Assembly: GCF_006345805.1 (NCBI RefSeq)
Contig: NW_021833645.1
Location: 1 to 55,514, forward strand
Source of the DNA: Octopus sinensis
Lineage: Eukaryota
Direction: 5' to 3'
DNA length: 55,514 nt
Shown here: piece after piece, positions 11,192 to 24,523 of the stretch
Layout of the letters: every line of letters begins with the position of its first letter
How positions within the stretch are numbered: the stretch's first letter is position 1
Translations under genes and position numbers: made by a program
Notes under the pieces: generated by a model
What the model was told of the DNA's origin: nothing
Database searches by the model: none
What the model saw: the letters and a program-made list of their open reading frames with translations, nothing else

Positions 11192-12534
11192 CATACAATA
11201 TACATTTCTTATTTATGTGCATGTGTGTGTTTATAAAACACACACATGCACACATACTCATGAATGGAAAGTACAGTGCCTCGTCTAGCCTTTTGTATAA
11301 TTGTATTGTTGCCTACACGTACTCTTGTCTACCCAGAACCATAAAACACACACACAAATAGATTGTACGTGTGTGTGTGTGTGTCTTTTGATTTATGATA
11401 TATATATATATATATTATATATATATATATATATATAATATATATATATAATATATACTCACGTATCTTTCTTTCCTTGTGTCTTATTCTGTACACAATC
11501 TTCATTGTGTATACACATGCATACGTGTGTATACATACGTGTACGCACGTGTGTATGAATATATTTATAAAAATATACACACACAAATAAACACACACAC
11601 ACACATAAGCACACCCACGGACGTGCATAGAAATGGATATAAATCATATATGTATACTTATGTACACGCATGCATAATGTATATTATCCATATACCACTA
11701 ATATACATACACACATTACAAGTGTATATATACATATATATTTGTAATTCACATTTGTATGCATGTACGTACGTACGTACATATGAATGTATGTGTATCT
11801 GTGTGTCAGAGAGAGAGAGAGGGGGAGTGAGAGAGAGGGAAAGAAAGAGAGAGAGAGAGAGATAGAGAGAGAGAGAATGTTAGTGTGGACACAATAAATA
11901 CAATAGATGAACGAAATGAAAAGCTGTAAAAACGAACCGCTACCCCGATCATACGGGTGGTGTGTATGGGTGGTATGTGGACGGGTAGTAATAGGAGGAG
12001 GCGGTGATGCGATGAAGCATGCTGTAAAAATCGATAAAGGATGACTTATTCAATGGACAGGAAATGAAAATATAGACCACCCAACGTACTCAAAATGACA
12101 ATATTAGCTTAAATGTCTACGTATTACATAGGAGAAGGATAGAAGAAAAGGGAATCACGACAGAAGTAGGGTCTTGTTATGGTCCCTATCAGAAATTTTC
12201 TCATCACTGTAGGGTACTAATGCTGCTTTCATTCTTTGAAACATTGGGGATCTTTTTATTATTTTTACTTTTCTTAGTATCATAAAAGAACTACCCCAGG
12301 TTGGAATGTCGCTCGTTTGGATGTTTGAGAAAAAAATTAAAAGGTTTCATTCTATCTCTCTCTCTCTTTCTCCTCTCTCCCCTTCTTTCTCACACACACA
12401 CATGCACAATTACACATACATACATACATACATACATACATACATACATGCATACATACATACGTAAGTACACATATACCGTGCATGCATGAAAACACAT
12501 GCTCATATACATACAGACACATACATACATAATA

Positions 12535-13690
12535 CTATAGGCCTAAAGCCTGAAATTTGTGGGGAAGGGACAAGTTAATTACATCGTATCCAGGGCTCAA
12601 GTGGTACTCATTTCATATACCCACCACAAAAAAAAGGTGAAGTTGACCCCGGTATATATTGAACTCAGAACGGAAAGAGTTTGAAGAAATGCCACTAAGC
12701 ATTCAGCCAACTCACCGCCATTTATTTTCTACTTCAGACACAAGGCCAGTAATTTTGAGAGGTAGGGAGCTGTCGATTATGACCAAAGGTACTAATTTCA
12801 TCAGCCCCGAAAGGATGGAAGGCAAGGTTCATCCCAGTGATATCTGAATTAAGAATGTAAAGAGCCGGAAGAAATGTCACCAAGCACTTTATCCGGCATG
12901 CCAATGATTCTGCTATCTCTATGCTTGAATAATAATTCTTACCAATCTTAGCATCTAGCCAGCAGGTTTGAGGGGAGGGGGCAAATCGCTTACATCGATC
13001 CCTGTAAATGTGCTCTATTTTATAAACCCCGAAAGGATGAAGGATAAAGTCGAACCCGATGGAATTAACTGGGGAACCTAAAGAATCAGAATCAATACGG
13101 CAGAGTTTTTCTCCAGTGCATCATATTACTGGGCTCATCGCTTTTATAATAAGGGTTTCTAGTTTAGGCCCATCGTCAGCAGCTTTGAGAACAAGAAGTT
13201 GGTTGATTACATTGATCTCCGTATTTGATTGGTACTCTCTTCTATCGAAGCCAGAAGGGTGAATGGCAAAATTGACTTCGACGGGATTTGAACTCAGAAC
13301 ATCAAAAGTCAGAACAAGTGGTGCGAACAGTCTTCCCGACGGACTAACGAGTCTGCTAATATATCATATACATCATATTTATTAAGGCCAGATTTGTTAT
13401 GCTTTTTTTAGGTGGGGGTGGGTCGAGTCGATTACATCGATTCCTGTGCTCAGCTGGTGCTTATGTTATCGATTTCAAAAAGGGAAAGGCAAAGTCAACA
13501 TCAGTGGAATTTGAACTAAGAAAGTAAAGACGAACAAAATGCAAATACATTGAGAGAAAAATTGGGCATAAGAGGTGTCAGAAAATCAAGCATAAGAAGT
13601 ATCAGAGAATTGAGCATTTTGTCCGGTGTGCTAATGATTCTGCCAGCTGGTCACCTTAAATAATAACAATCCTTCCTATTATAGACACAA
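12535..13690. mobile_element. Cluster of old, diverged SINE-A-related fragments
   Basis: At least five degenerate occurrences of ccccgaaaggatg..aggcaaagtcgac..ggaatttgaactcagaac. Confidence 0.6.
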
Positions 13691-13711
13691 GACCCGCAGA
13701 AATACCTACAT

Positions 13712-14441
13712 CAGAAGCAAGGGAGACTGATACAAATAACCACAAAACACGAACACAACTAAAAAACTGTTTTCTTTCTTTAAGGAAGTTGGCAAATACA
13801 AAACAAGTCATAGAACCTAACAATTATGAAGAAAAAGAAGAAACAACAAAAGCTGTAAAACAACTGAAATCCAAATTAAACTGAAACAGCAACGGATGAG
13901 GATGAAACGATGACAAAAAAAATGCCCCTTCATGGCAAATATTGTGTTAAACTAAGCAGAAAAGAAATAGACAAAGCAAAATCCCAACAATGGCTGAGAG
14001 GCTCAGGACTCAAAGCAGAGACATAAGAATTTTTAATTGCAGCACAAGATCAAAGGCTTCCCAACAGAAATCACCAAAAAAAATTAACTGCAGAATATGT
14101 AGTGATGGAGAAGAAACAACATCCTTGTCTCAGGCTGCCCAGTCCTGGCTAAGAAGGAATATATTCATAGACACGACAGAGTTGGGACTTATATATACTG
14201 GAAGCTATGACAGCACTATGGGATAGCACCAGGGAAAAGATTGTATAAGCACACGCCAGGAAAGGTCACAGAAAGTGAGAAAGCAACCATACTTTGGAAT
14301 ATGCCAATATACACAGATAGAGAAATCAAGGCTAATAGACCGGATATAGTTGTCAGATATCACCAAGAAAAAAAAAAGGCTTTTTAATTGATGTATCAAT
14401 ACCAACAGATGATAACGTTTCTCTAAAAGAAACAGAGAAAT
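13712..14441 (+). pseudogene. R4/Dong-clade family B internal fragment, degraded
   Basis: Colinear with the reverse complement of about 35230-35990 (tggctgagaggctcaggactcaaagcagag, gagaaatcaaggctaatagaccggatatagttgtcag); frameshifted. Confidence 0.85.
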
Positions 14442-14444
14442 AGA

Positions 14445-15388
14445 TTTTCTTCATCTGTTTCTAAGCTGTTTCCAGTTCTACAGACGAGATCTTAGTCTAT
14501 TTGTAAAACTATTTAACCAGAAATCATTACATTCATTATAAAACTTTCAAAATTTTTCATTTAAATGCACCAAGTAACTTGCTACTTCACTGTAAATGTA
14601 CTTCTAAAAGACAGTTTATTGCACCAATGTTAAAATTAGTACTGTTTATAGACTGTACACAGTATCTATTTCATTTTCCCGCCAACACCTAGACACTTTT
14701 TGCGACCAGTTTAGAAACAACGGCATTATCCAGAATCTTAGATGTAAATAACTCGAAATTAGAATTTAAATGGGTTAGAATGTGTTTGCCAAACTATTTC
14801 CATTCCAACAAACAGTCTACTTTGAAAATTATTTTCAGATGACTCGGAAGTACAATCTTACCGTCGTTCAATCGTCATTCAGAACTAATGTCTTCTTGTT
14901 TGCATAAACGCTTTGAATTGCTAAAATATTTCAAACCATTTCTCCGACCTTTCAGTTATTTCCTTTCCCAACGATTTCTACTTGAACAATAACTCTAAGA
15001 CATTCTAATCATACAAAGACCATAAGCTATCTAAAATTCTTTCGACCCAGAAGTTTTCTGTTATTTAATCTAGTCGCAGCACTTTAGTACCTTAAATTCT
15101 CAGGTTATGATCGACCTATTTGATGCATTGTTGATGGCCGCTTCCCTTTCCTCGCCTTTCCTCCTTTCACGAATTTCCCTCCTACTCATTTTGTATGCAG
15201 CATACTTCGCTCACTCGCTTTCCTCTTAAACCATAAATAATGTTATACATGCATTTTTGATTCGAACTCCCCTAATTACAACTTGGTGATTCACACGGAG
15301 AAAATCTATAAACTCAAATTGAACCATCGAGTTATTTGTATTGGTTTGTTGTCCTCTCAGACACAATAGTTTTATTCCTAACATAAAT

Positions 15389-15390
<2 letters not shown>
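14445..15390 (+). pseudogene. Possible degraded Penelope-like ORF N-terminus
   Basis: Weak motif resemblance only (DTFCDQFRNNGIIQNLRCK; SVI*SSRSTL); the strand is uncertain. Confidence 0.2.
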
Positions 15391-15440
<50 letters not shown>

Positions 15441-15442
<2 letters not shown>

Positions 15443-15670
15443 ATAAAAATAAAGGGTAAAATTAATTAATCATTTAATAATTAATAATTTTAGCAAGTAG
15501 TTCGGTATGTTAAAAGAACCACTATCGGCAACCTTATACAAAATTCTATAATTAAAAGTATAATTATAATTAGGATTCAGCAATATTGCTTCATCACATA
15601 CCGAAATTCAGAAATAGCAATTAAATATTATTTCGCTACCGTAAGATATCTCCGAGACACATCTTATGGT
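15441..15670 (-). mobile_element. Short element between (TA)n arrays, pseudo-LTR-like
   Basis: Complex AT-rich 230 bp flanked by TA arrays; the minus strand has a very degenerate CCGATAG-TGGT...ACC-GAAC motif. Confidence 0.3.
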
Positions 15671-15678
15671 AGTGTGTG

Positions 15679-15774
<96 letters not shown>

Positions 15775-15865
15775 ATACATGCATATATTTACATACATTA
15801 CACAGGCACACACACACGCGAGCAGACTACATACGGCTTGAGCTGTAAGAGATCAAATAACCCCC

Positions 15866-15933
<68 letters not shown>

Positions 15934-15991
15934 CATAAATGAGGGCAAAGGAAAAAATTCTAATGCCAAATAGGAATTTTATCCTCACATT

Positions 15992-16039
<48 letters not shown>

Positions 16040-16469
16040 CATATACACACGTTTACTGGCTATTTAGTAGTATATAAAAATATAAAATTGCTTTGTTACG
16101 TTAGCATGTTACCTATATATATATATATTTCTATGAAGTTGTATTTATGAAACAAATGCGGTAGTACTATGGAATTCCACAACGGCGTTATATATGTTTT
16201 TTTAAGCACACATACATTCAAGCATGCAAACACACACGTACACACCCACACACACACACACACACATACACACACACATGCTTTGCATACGCTTTTATAC
16301 TGCTGCTCCTTCTAATTGAAGAATGTCGTAAATGTCAGAAATAGAATTGCGTAAGACGAATATCATATTTACGAGCAGAAAGAATTTAGTTTGTCAATAA
16401 CATTGGAGATTCAGCCTTTTTTTTTTATATATATATATTTGACCTTCGACATTTAACATTTGACATTAA

Positions 16470-16506
<37 letters not shown>

Positions 16507-16781
16507 GTAATAATAATAATAATAATGAAATAAAATAAATATGCAACAAAATGCTAAAAATAAATACATAGATATTCTGCGAGTTTATGACAGTTGTATA
16601 TTTACTGTTACATATATCAATTGTTACACGCACACACGCATACATGAACACACATACATACACACACGCATACATGCACACACACATAGATAAGGACAGG
16701 TAGCAAGTCATTATGGGACACTATAAATGCATATATATATATGTGTGTGTGTGTGTGTATATAGATATATATATATATACA

Positions 16782-16851
<70 letters not shown>

Positions 16852-16912
16852 AGTATATATATATATATATATACAGTATATATATATATAGAGAGAGAGA
16901 TATAAATATAAG

Positions 16913-16956
<44 letters not shown>

Positions 16957-16994
16957 AGAGAGAGAGAAAGATAGTATATATATATACAGCATAT

Positions 16995-17025
<31 letters not shown>

Positions 17026-17104
17026 CACACACACATACATATACTGTATGTGTATACGCTTACACATACGCGCAGACATACACTCATGCACGCACACATA
17101 TCTT

Positions 17105-17347
17105 TTATCTCTTACTCATTTCGATCAATGGATTGTGGCCATACTGGAGCACCGTCTTGAAATTTTGTTGTTTCTTTTTATCAATTGTCAAATGAATCGA
17201 TTCCATTAGTTTTCCTTTAAAAGTCTTCTATTTATTCTATCGGTCCGTTATGGACGAACTGCTAAGTTACGCTGTGGGGGTTACATAAACGAAGACCAGC
17301 AGTGGCTGTCAAGCGTTTGCGGGGAACAAACACTAATACACACACAA

Positions 17348-17380
<33 letters not shown>

Positions 17381-17460
17381 CACATACACACGCATATACT
17401 AACGGCTTCTTTCAGTTTCCGTCTACCAAATTCACTCACATGGCTCTGGTTAGCCTGAAG
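17105..17460 (-). mobile_element. SINE-C fragment
   Basis: gcggcc/ctggagcaccg tail, gaactgctaagttac, tttcagtttccgtctaccaaattcactcac. Confidence 0.7.
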
Positions 17461-17617
17461 ATATACTCAAGATTGATCTCACGACCTCACATTCGTGAAG
17501 CGAACACCCTGTCCACTAAGCCACACGATTTAACATCAGTGAATATAAACAGACATCCACATTTTGACGAGGCAAAGGTTTATCGTTACTTCGAAGATTA
17601 GAAGAGAAGGGCATGAA

Positions 17618-17653
17618 ATTTACGATGAAGGATACATGACCGAAACGTCGAAG
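17618..17653 (+). ncRNA. Degenerate minimal hammerhead motif
   Basis: ACGATGA-A-GG-atacatga-CC-GAAA-CGTC; palindromic stem III with a GUC triplet. Confidence 0.35.
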
Positions 17654-17659
17654 TATCTC

Positions 17660-18195
17660 TTTTACTTGTTTCAGTCATTTGATTGCAGCCATGCTGGAGC
17701 ATCACCTTTTATTTGAACAAATCGACACCGGGACTTATTCTTTGTAAGCCAAATACTTATCCTATTGATCTCTTTTGCCGAACTGCTAAGTTTCGGGGAC
17801 ATGAACACACAAACATCACTTGTCAAGCGACGATGGTGGGACAAACAGAGACACACAAACATACACACGCACACAAATTCCGCCGAGGTCGACTTTGCCT
17901 TTCATCCTTTCGGGGTCGATAAATTAAGTACCTGTTACGCACTGGGGTCGATGTAATCGACTTAATTCGTTTGTCTGTCCTTGTTTGTCTCCTCTATGTT
18001 TAGCCCCTTGTGGGTAAGAAAGAAACATATATATATATATATATATATACGACGGGTTTCGTTCAGTTTCCGTCTACCAAATCCACTCATGCCCGTGGTA
18101 GAAAGCACTTACCCAAGGTGCCACGCAGTGGGACTTAACACGAAACCATGCGGCTGGGAAGCAAGCCTCTTTACCCCACAGCCACACCCGCGCCT
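17660..18195. mobile_element. Nested SINEs: SINE-C (-) 17660-17875, headless SINE-A (+) 17876-18025, SINE-C head (-) 18050-18195
   Basis: Direct homology to the reference copies. Confidence 0.75.
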
Positions 18196-19079
18196 ATCTG
18201 TCAACTTTTTCTTTGTAAAAAGAACATTTTACTCTTGTGAAAGGCATTGAATAATTCTTCATGTCAATATTAGACAATTTTTGTATTTTTACAACAATTG
18301 ATTCATTGGAACTGAAATCTTTATCTAATCGTAAAGGATTTTGTTCATTTATTTACTTGGAAATGTTTAGTTAATGATAAAATAATTCCTTCTTAAGGCC
18401 TGAAAATTGTACGCAAAAATTGGTCGATAACATTGACTCTAGTAATATTCGTAGCCACTTTAACCTGGCTGTCCGTTCGAGCGGTCTCTACTGCAATTTT
18501 CTAACCCCAAGATGTCCCCTAGAGAGATTTCAGAACTAGCATTTTTGCTTAATGACTCTTGTATTTTACTAACATTTTATCGGCCTCAAAATAATGAAAG
18601 GCAAAATTGACTTCGGCAGGATTTGAACTTCGAATGTACAGACCCAGAACAAATAGCATAAAACATTACCCGCCACCTTCATGGCCTGACAATTTTATTT
18701 ACGAACCGCCTTGTAGCCTAGAAAATAATATAACTCTCTCTAAATAATTCAACTGCATCTAATTCCTATAAACGTATCCACCAGCAAGTGGTATGAAGTT
18801 CTCTGTATATGTTATTCCATTTTTTAAACACACACACACACACATACATACACACACACTAAAAAATACACAAAAAAATTACTTTCTTGCTTAAGGCTTC
18901 ACTGTTAACATGAAATCCATTTGAAGTGCAGAAGTCAAGAGGACACCCAGGAACTCATCTCTATGTCACGAGATCGTGTCATGCCGTAGGCATTGTACAT
19001 TTTTTTGTCAATAAGGATAAAAAAAAACTAATAATAATATTCAGAAGTATTGAAGATTAGGGAAGCTGTAACAGTTTGT

Positions 19080-19340
19080 TGAAGAAAGTGTCTTTATTTC
19101 GATTAAACGTTGTAATTTCAAATCCCACTTAAGTCGCTTAGTTGTCTTGTCGTTGAACAAGACACTTTATTTGACGTTGCTCCAGTCCACTCAGCTGGCA
19201 AAAATGTGCTGTACCAGTAATTTAAAAGGCCAACCTTGTTACATTCTTACATTCTGTGTCACGCTGAAACTTCTCGAGAGCTACGTCATGAGAACAGGGG
19301 AAACGGATCAACCAGAACCCTCGCCGTCGTAACTGATGGG
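19080..19340 (+). mobile_element. SINE-B, diverged and internally deleted
   Basis: ttgaacaagacactttatt..gttgctccagtccactcagctggcaaaaatg...gtcgtaactgatgg. Confidence 0.7.
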
Positions 19341-19640
19341 GTTCATATTTTGCATTCCATTTTGTAAAACGCGTTGTTATCGTTAATCGTACTCTTTAAA
19401 TTGTTCAAATTAATGTTGTTCTTTCTCAGAAAATTAAATTGTTTTCTTGCTGTGAAACCTGTGTATTTATCAGAAATTTTATTTATTTATTTGATTGTTT
19501 GATTTTTGTTTTGTTTGTTTACCAATCGCGTTTTTCTTTCGTGTTTTGAAGTTTGTTTCTGCATTAAATAACCATGTAGTTAATTTAAGTGTGGACGGAA
19601 AATTATTTGGCAAATTCAAGTTTTATTTTCCCCCAAACAG

Positions 19641-19686
19641 AGCAACGAAGCATACGAGAATAACTTATTACTTGTTCATGTAAAAG
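19641..19686 (+). other. Candidate orphan 46-nt exon (SNEAYENNLLLVHVK)
   Basis: Acceptor ttttattttcccccaaacag and donor AAG|gttagt; one open frame; lies in about 600 bp of non-repetitive sequence. Confidence 0.25.
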
Positions 19687-20118
19687 GTTAGTAAAAACAA
19701 TTTAATAATAAATAGAAGAAAAAAATAAATAAATAGAAAAGAAAAGAAAACGGAATGAAAAGGTAAGAAAGAAATTCAAATGAAGTTTCACCAGGTAAAA
19801 TTCCAAAAACACCGAAAGCAAAGTGAAAGCAATTCTGATCATAAAGAAAGACATTAAACACGCGCGCGCGGTTGTATGTATGTACAGAGAGTAGGGGGGA
19901 AGGACACGGGAGATATTTAGGTTATGTATGAACCTATAAGTCTATTCTTCGATCTATCTTTGTCTTGTATGCAGAAACATTAGTAAATGCAGAAACATGT
20001 ACACACATATTTTCTCATTCATTCGCCGCTCGTACTCATATCAACGCGTTGTCTGCTCCTAATAACACTGCCCCATCTCTCACTCCCTCTCTGTCACATA
20101 CAATCACTCACTGTCTCC

Positions 20119-20149
<31 letters not shown>

Positions 20150-20572
20150 GTCACCTGCAGTCACTCTCACCATCTCTCACTACCCCCTCTCCCCCTCTAT
20201 TGTCATATCATTATTACTTAGGTTCTACCGTTCCCAGTGAGACACAAATCCACCATTAAAGTCTTTATTGTTGACATCACAACTGTTGACATTCCTAACA
20301 TACTTTGACGTCAGCATCTAACACCGACTGCGCGTGCGTGTGTGCCTCTTTATGTGTGTATGTGTATGTGAGAGAGCGAGAGTGTGTGTGTGAGAGTAGA
20401 GTGTGTGAGAGAGTGTATGAGAGGGTGAGTGTGTGTGAGAGCGTGTGTGTAAGAGAGTGTGTGAATGAGAGAGAAAATGAGAGAGAGAGAGAGTAAGAGT
20501 GAGAGAGTGTGCGTGAGAGAATATGCGTGTGAGAAAGAGAGTATGTGTGTGAGAAAGAGTGTGTGTGTATGT

Positions 20573-20604
<32 letters not shown>

Positions 20605-20681
20605 ATGTTTGTGAGTTAGTGTGAGCGGGAGTGTAACATGTCCTCAGAGTGTGCATGCAAACAACCTCATGCGTGCACATA

Positions 20682-20682
20682 A

Positions 20683-20750
<68 letters not shown>

Positions 20751-20766
20751 GTAGGTAGGTAGATAG

Positions 20767-20807
<41 letters not shown>

Positions 20808-20831
20808 TAGATAGATAGATAGATAGATAGG

Positions 20832-20863
<32 letters not shown>

Positions 20864-20864
20864 C

Positions 20865-20916
<52 letters not shown>

Positions 20917-20963
20917 TGATAGATAGATAGACAGATAGATAGATAGATAGATAGATAGATGAT

Positions 20964-21047
<84 letters not shown>

Positions 21048-21055
21048 CAATTGGT

Positions 21056-21084
<29 letters not shown>
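20682..21084. repeat. ~400-bp (GATA)n array
   Basis: Directly visible. Confidence 0.95.
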
Positions 21085-21087
<3 letters not shown>

Positions 21088-24000
21088 TTTCTTTATTGGC
21101 CACAGAGTGCTAGACACAGAGGGGACATTACAATGTAGAGTTTATCTTTTGAGTGGGGTGGGGCGCAAAGTAAAAAAAAGGGACAACGATCAAAAGGGAT
21201 CGAAATCGTTGGGGATATATGCAAAAAAATGTCAAAATGGTACAAAAAGTTCCCAAGAAATGGGGAGGTTTATTTGTGGAAAGAAAAACCTACGAAAAGA
21301 CCACAGTAACCTCGGGCAATAATGTTGCATATTATCATATATGTTTACAAATAAGCAACTCTCTGTTTTAAATTTTTACGGTTCATAGGAAAATGTTCAA
21401 GGTGGCTTCGTCATTCATACGCGCCATCCTTGCTACATTCACCCATCTTTTTTTAAAACATTCGCTAGACAAAACTTGCCTCTCTACTCTCACTTTCCTT
21501 TTCAAGTGGTACTTGAAGAAGTTGATGAGAGATTGACCAGAGAGGAAAGTGTTTGTCTCCAATCCTTTCAGACGCGTCCACCAGATACATTCTTTCGCCA
21601 TAACCACAAGTATGATGAAAATAGCTCTTCCTTCCTGTTGGAAGGAATGAGGCGTGACAATATTGACGATAGACTCGGCTGATAAATCGACTCGTCCCAC
21701 ACGTGACAGCAGTCGCTCGACGTAAGCCCACAGGTCGGAAATTGCTGGACACTGCACGATTGCGTGCAGAACGGTTTCGTCGCTCTGCCCGCATCTCGGG
21801 CAGGTCGGCCCCGTGTTTCTCGAGCCGTGTTTGTAGAGCTTATCCCGAACATACATATATGTTCGAGAAAACAGACATTACATACAGCCAAGCTTCATAT
21901 AGATACTTAATGCTAGCTAATTAGCAGATAATCTAATGTAAAAGCCGTGGTAAACGGTATGTGCTGGTTACCTCACTCCAATTCTTCTCTATCTAGGGCT
22001 CTGGGCCAAACCAGACTCCTAGCAACTTAACAGGACCTTCCGTCCAACGTCCCACGACGTTATTGGACGCCATCGGCTTGCCCCTCCAGGTACCGAGTTG
22101 CAAACCGACCGACTTGTCCATGTTAACTTTTGCTCCTGCCACCGCTTCATATACACATATATCAACAGATGATACACACATATACAAACATATACATATA
22201 TATATATACATATATTTCTGAGCATAATCTCTTCAGAGGGATGGCCTCTTCCACGACGGGAAGCTGATCCTCATCAGCCACGATGACGGAGATGTCATCC
22301 GCGTACGCTGTAACTCTTCTTCCACACCATAGATCATGCGGTGCGCCCTCTAATGTCTCCAACTTCTGCAGCAATGGCTCAAGAGCCAACACATACAGAA
22401 GCGGGCGACAGGGGATACCCCTGACGAACTGCTTTCACTTCGAACTCAGACCATGCACATGCAAACATCAAAGGTTGAGGAAGGTCATTGTGTAAAATAA
22501 AGGTTCTACTTACTTTTCATTGGAGAGGTTGAGGCCAACTTCATCACATGTGAATCAGCCGTTCAAGAATTTGAACCTGGAGATCTCCATTTCCAGCGAC
22601 TTCGAGGGCCACCTCCCAATGGTGTCGGGCGTCAACGAAGAGCCCTCGACTACAATAAGACGACCAAAGTGTTTTTTCTTTCCAAGGTCTGGGGTCTCCC
22701 ACCCATAAGTCCTAGACCATCACCTAATCACCCTTACCCGTCTTGTTGCTTAACAACAACAACAACACGTGAATCATCCCCCTTTCTTCTCCTCTTTCTT
22801 CAAATAATTAGGTAAATCGATGATTTTCCAGATGGCATTCGAGTGCCTGGCCTCTAAGTCCTGGTATCGGGTTTTTCTAATCGCCGCACACCTGCTCTTC
22901 AAGTCCTTATGCTGGGCATACAGTTTGGTCGTGTGCTGTTTTACAATAATACCATTTGTATATTTTTCAGTTGTGTGATACTTGATTCGGCGGGGTCTCG
23001 TTTTTGTTATCTGTGTAGCATTGTTTTTGTCTTTTGTAAAGGATGTGGATGGGGAAGGTCTGTGAGTACGTTTCCTTACTTACAAATTCTCCCTCCATAG
23101 TATCATCTGGCGGGGTAACAATTTTTTGCGAAACAGTGTTTTCAGTTGGTGCTACAGCTTTCAAGGGGGTGGGTGGTTTTGTTTTTGTAGGGGCTTGTGC
23201 GTGCAGGGGCTGGATTTTTTCTATGCTTTGTTTAGGGACTGGTACCTCAACAACAGGGGTGGGAATATTTGTATTTGTAGGGATTGATGTATTAGCAGGG
23301 GTGCAGATTGTTTTATTTGAAGGGCCTGGTATTTGTGACAATTTTTCTTTACGTTGATCATAGTCAACTCGAATGTGGCTCTTTTTCCCGCATTGGTAAC
23401 AGGTGGGCCACCTTCTCCCCGACGAACACCCTTTCAGGAAGAACCTGAAGTTCCTCTTGTGTCACTTGAATTATTACCGTAATGCACTGCCCGAGCCAAT
23501 TCTAAGGGGCGGAGCATGTAATCTAATATTTTTATTTGGTCCGCCCTGTTAAACAAAGGGCGGCCACAACTTCTTTAGGGTCCACTTCAGGTGGTACTTC
23601 ATTGATTTTTACACGGGACGTTCTTCGTCCCATATAAGTCGGCAGAAGTACCACCTCTTTGGACTTCAGGGCAAACACCGAATGCCCGCGGGCCACCACT
23701 TCCCCTGAGAAACGGACCTCAACAGAACCGTATGGCCGTCCCCTTGTGATATATATTATATCCTTCCATATCGGGGACAGGCATTTTCAATCTCCTTTGT
23801 AGACAGAAGGTTTTAAACACTAGGGTCCGCTTCTCAGTCTCTTACATAGTGGAGGAGGGTGATAGAACAACACCACCTACCTCCTCCTTCATTCTTTTAA
23901 AATACTCCTGTAGCATTCCTACAGGAATATCAATATTTTCGGTTGTCACTGCGGCAACCGCCGAAAACCTTTTAACAGTGTGGCACAACTGCCAACATCA

Positions 24001-24225
24001 ACATTGCTCTCTATAAGAGCACATTTTTCATGGCTAATTTCAACCGACATGGTTGAAATTAATACAAATACACAAAAAATTAAATTTGGTTCCACAAAAC
24101 TGGGAAATCTATTAAAAAGTTTTCCTCTTGAAGGGGACAATAATTTTTTTAAAATAAAACAGTTCAACAAAAAAGTTCAAATCCCACCCCCGTTTGTGGG
24201 AGGAGCACAAAAAGTAATCTAGAAA
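21085..24225 (-). mobile_element. Tx1/L1-clade LINE, internally deleted and rearranged
   Basis: ORF1 remnant (LPTYMGRRTSRVKINEVPPE; knuckle CYQCGKKSH near 23360-23405). ORF2 start MTFLNL*CLHVHGLSSK at 22488. RT pieces VRQG.PLS..LY.LALEPLL, YADD, GAKVNMDKS, KLLGVWFG. C-terminal CPRC..ETVLHAIVQC (ORF 21383-21856). AATAAA at 21092-21097. The 5' boundary is approximate. Confidence 0.85.
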
Positions 24226-24351
24226 GACTATTTACAGTCCGAAGAAATATTGTTAACAACAAAATGCCACAATGGCCAACAAATAAAGTTCAATGATTTT
24301 TTAACAAAGTATTTACATACATATATACATACATACATACATACATACATA

Positions 24352-24382
<31 letters not shown>

Positions 24383-24441
24383 ATATATACAATACATAAT
24401 ACATACATACATACATACATACATACATACATACAACTACA

Positions 24442-24523
<82 letters not shown>

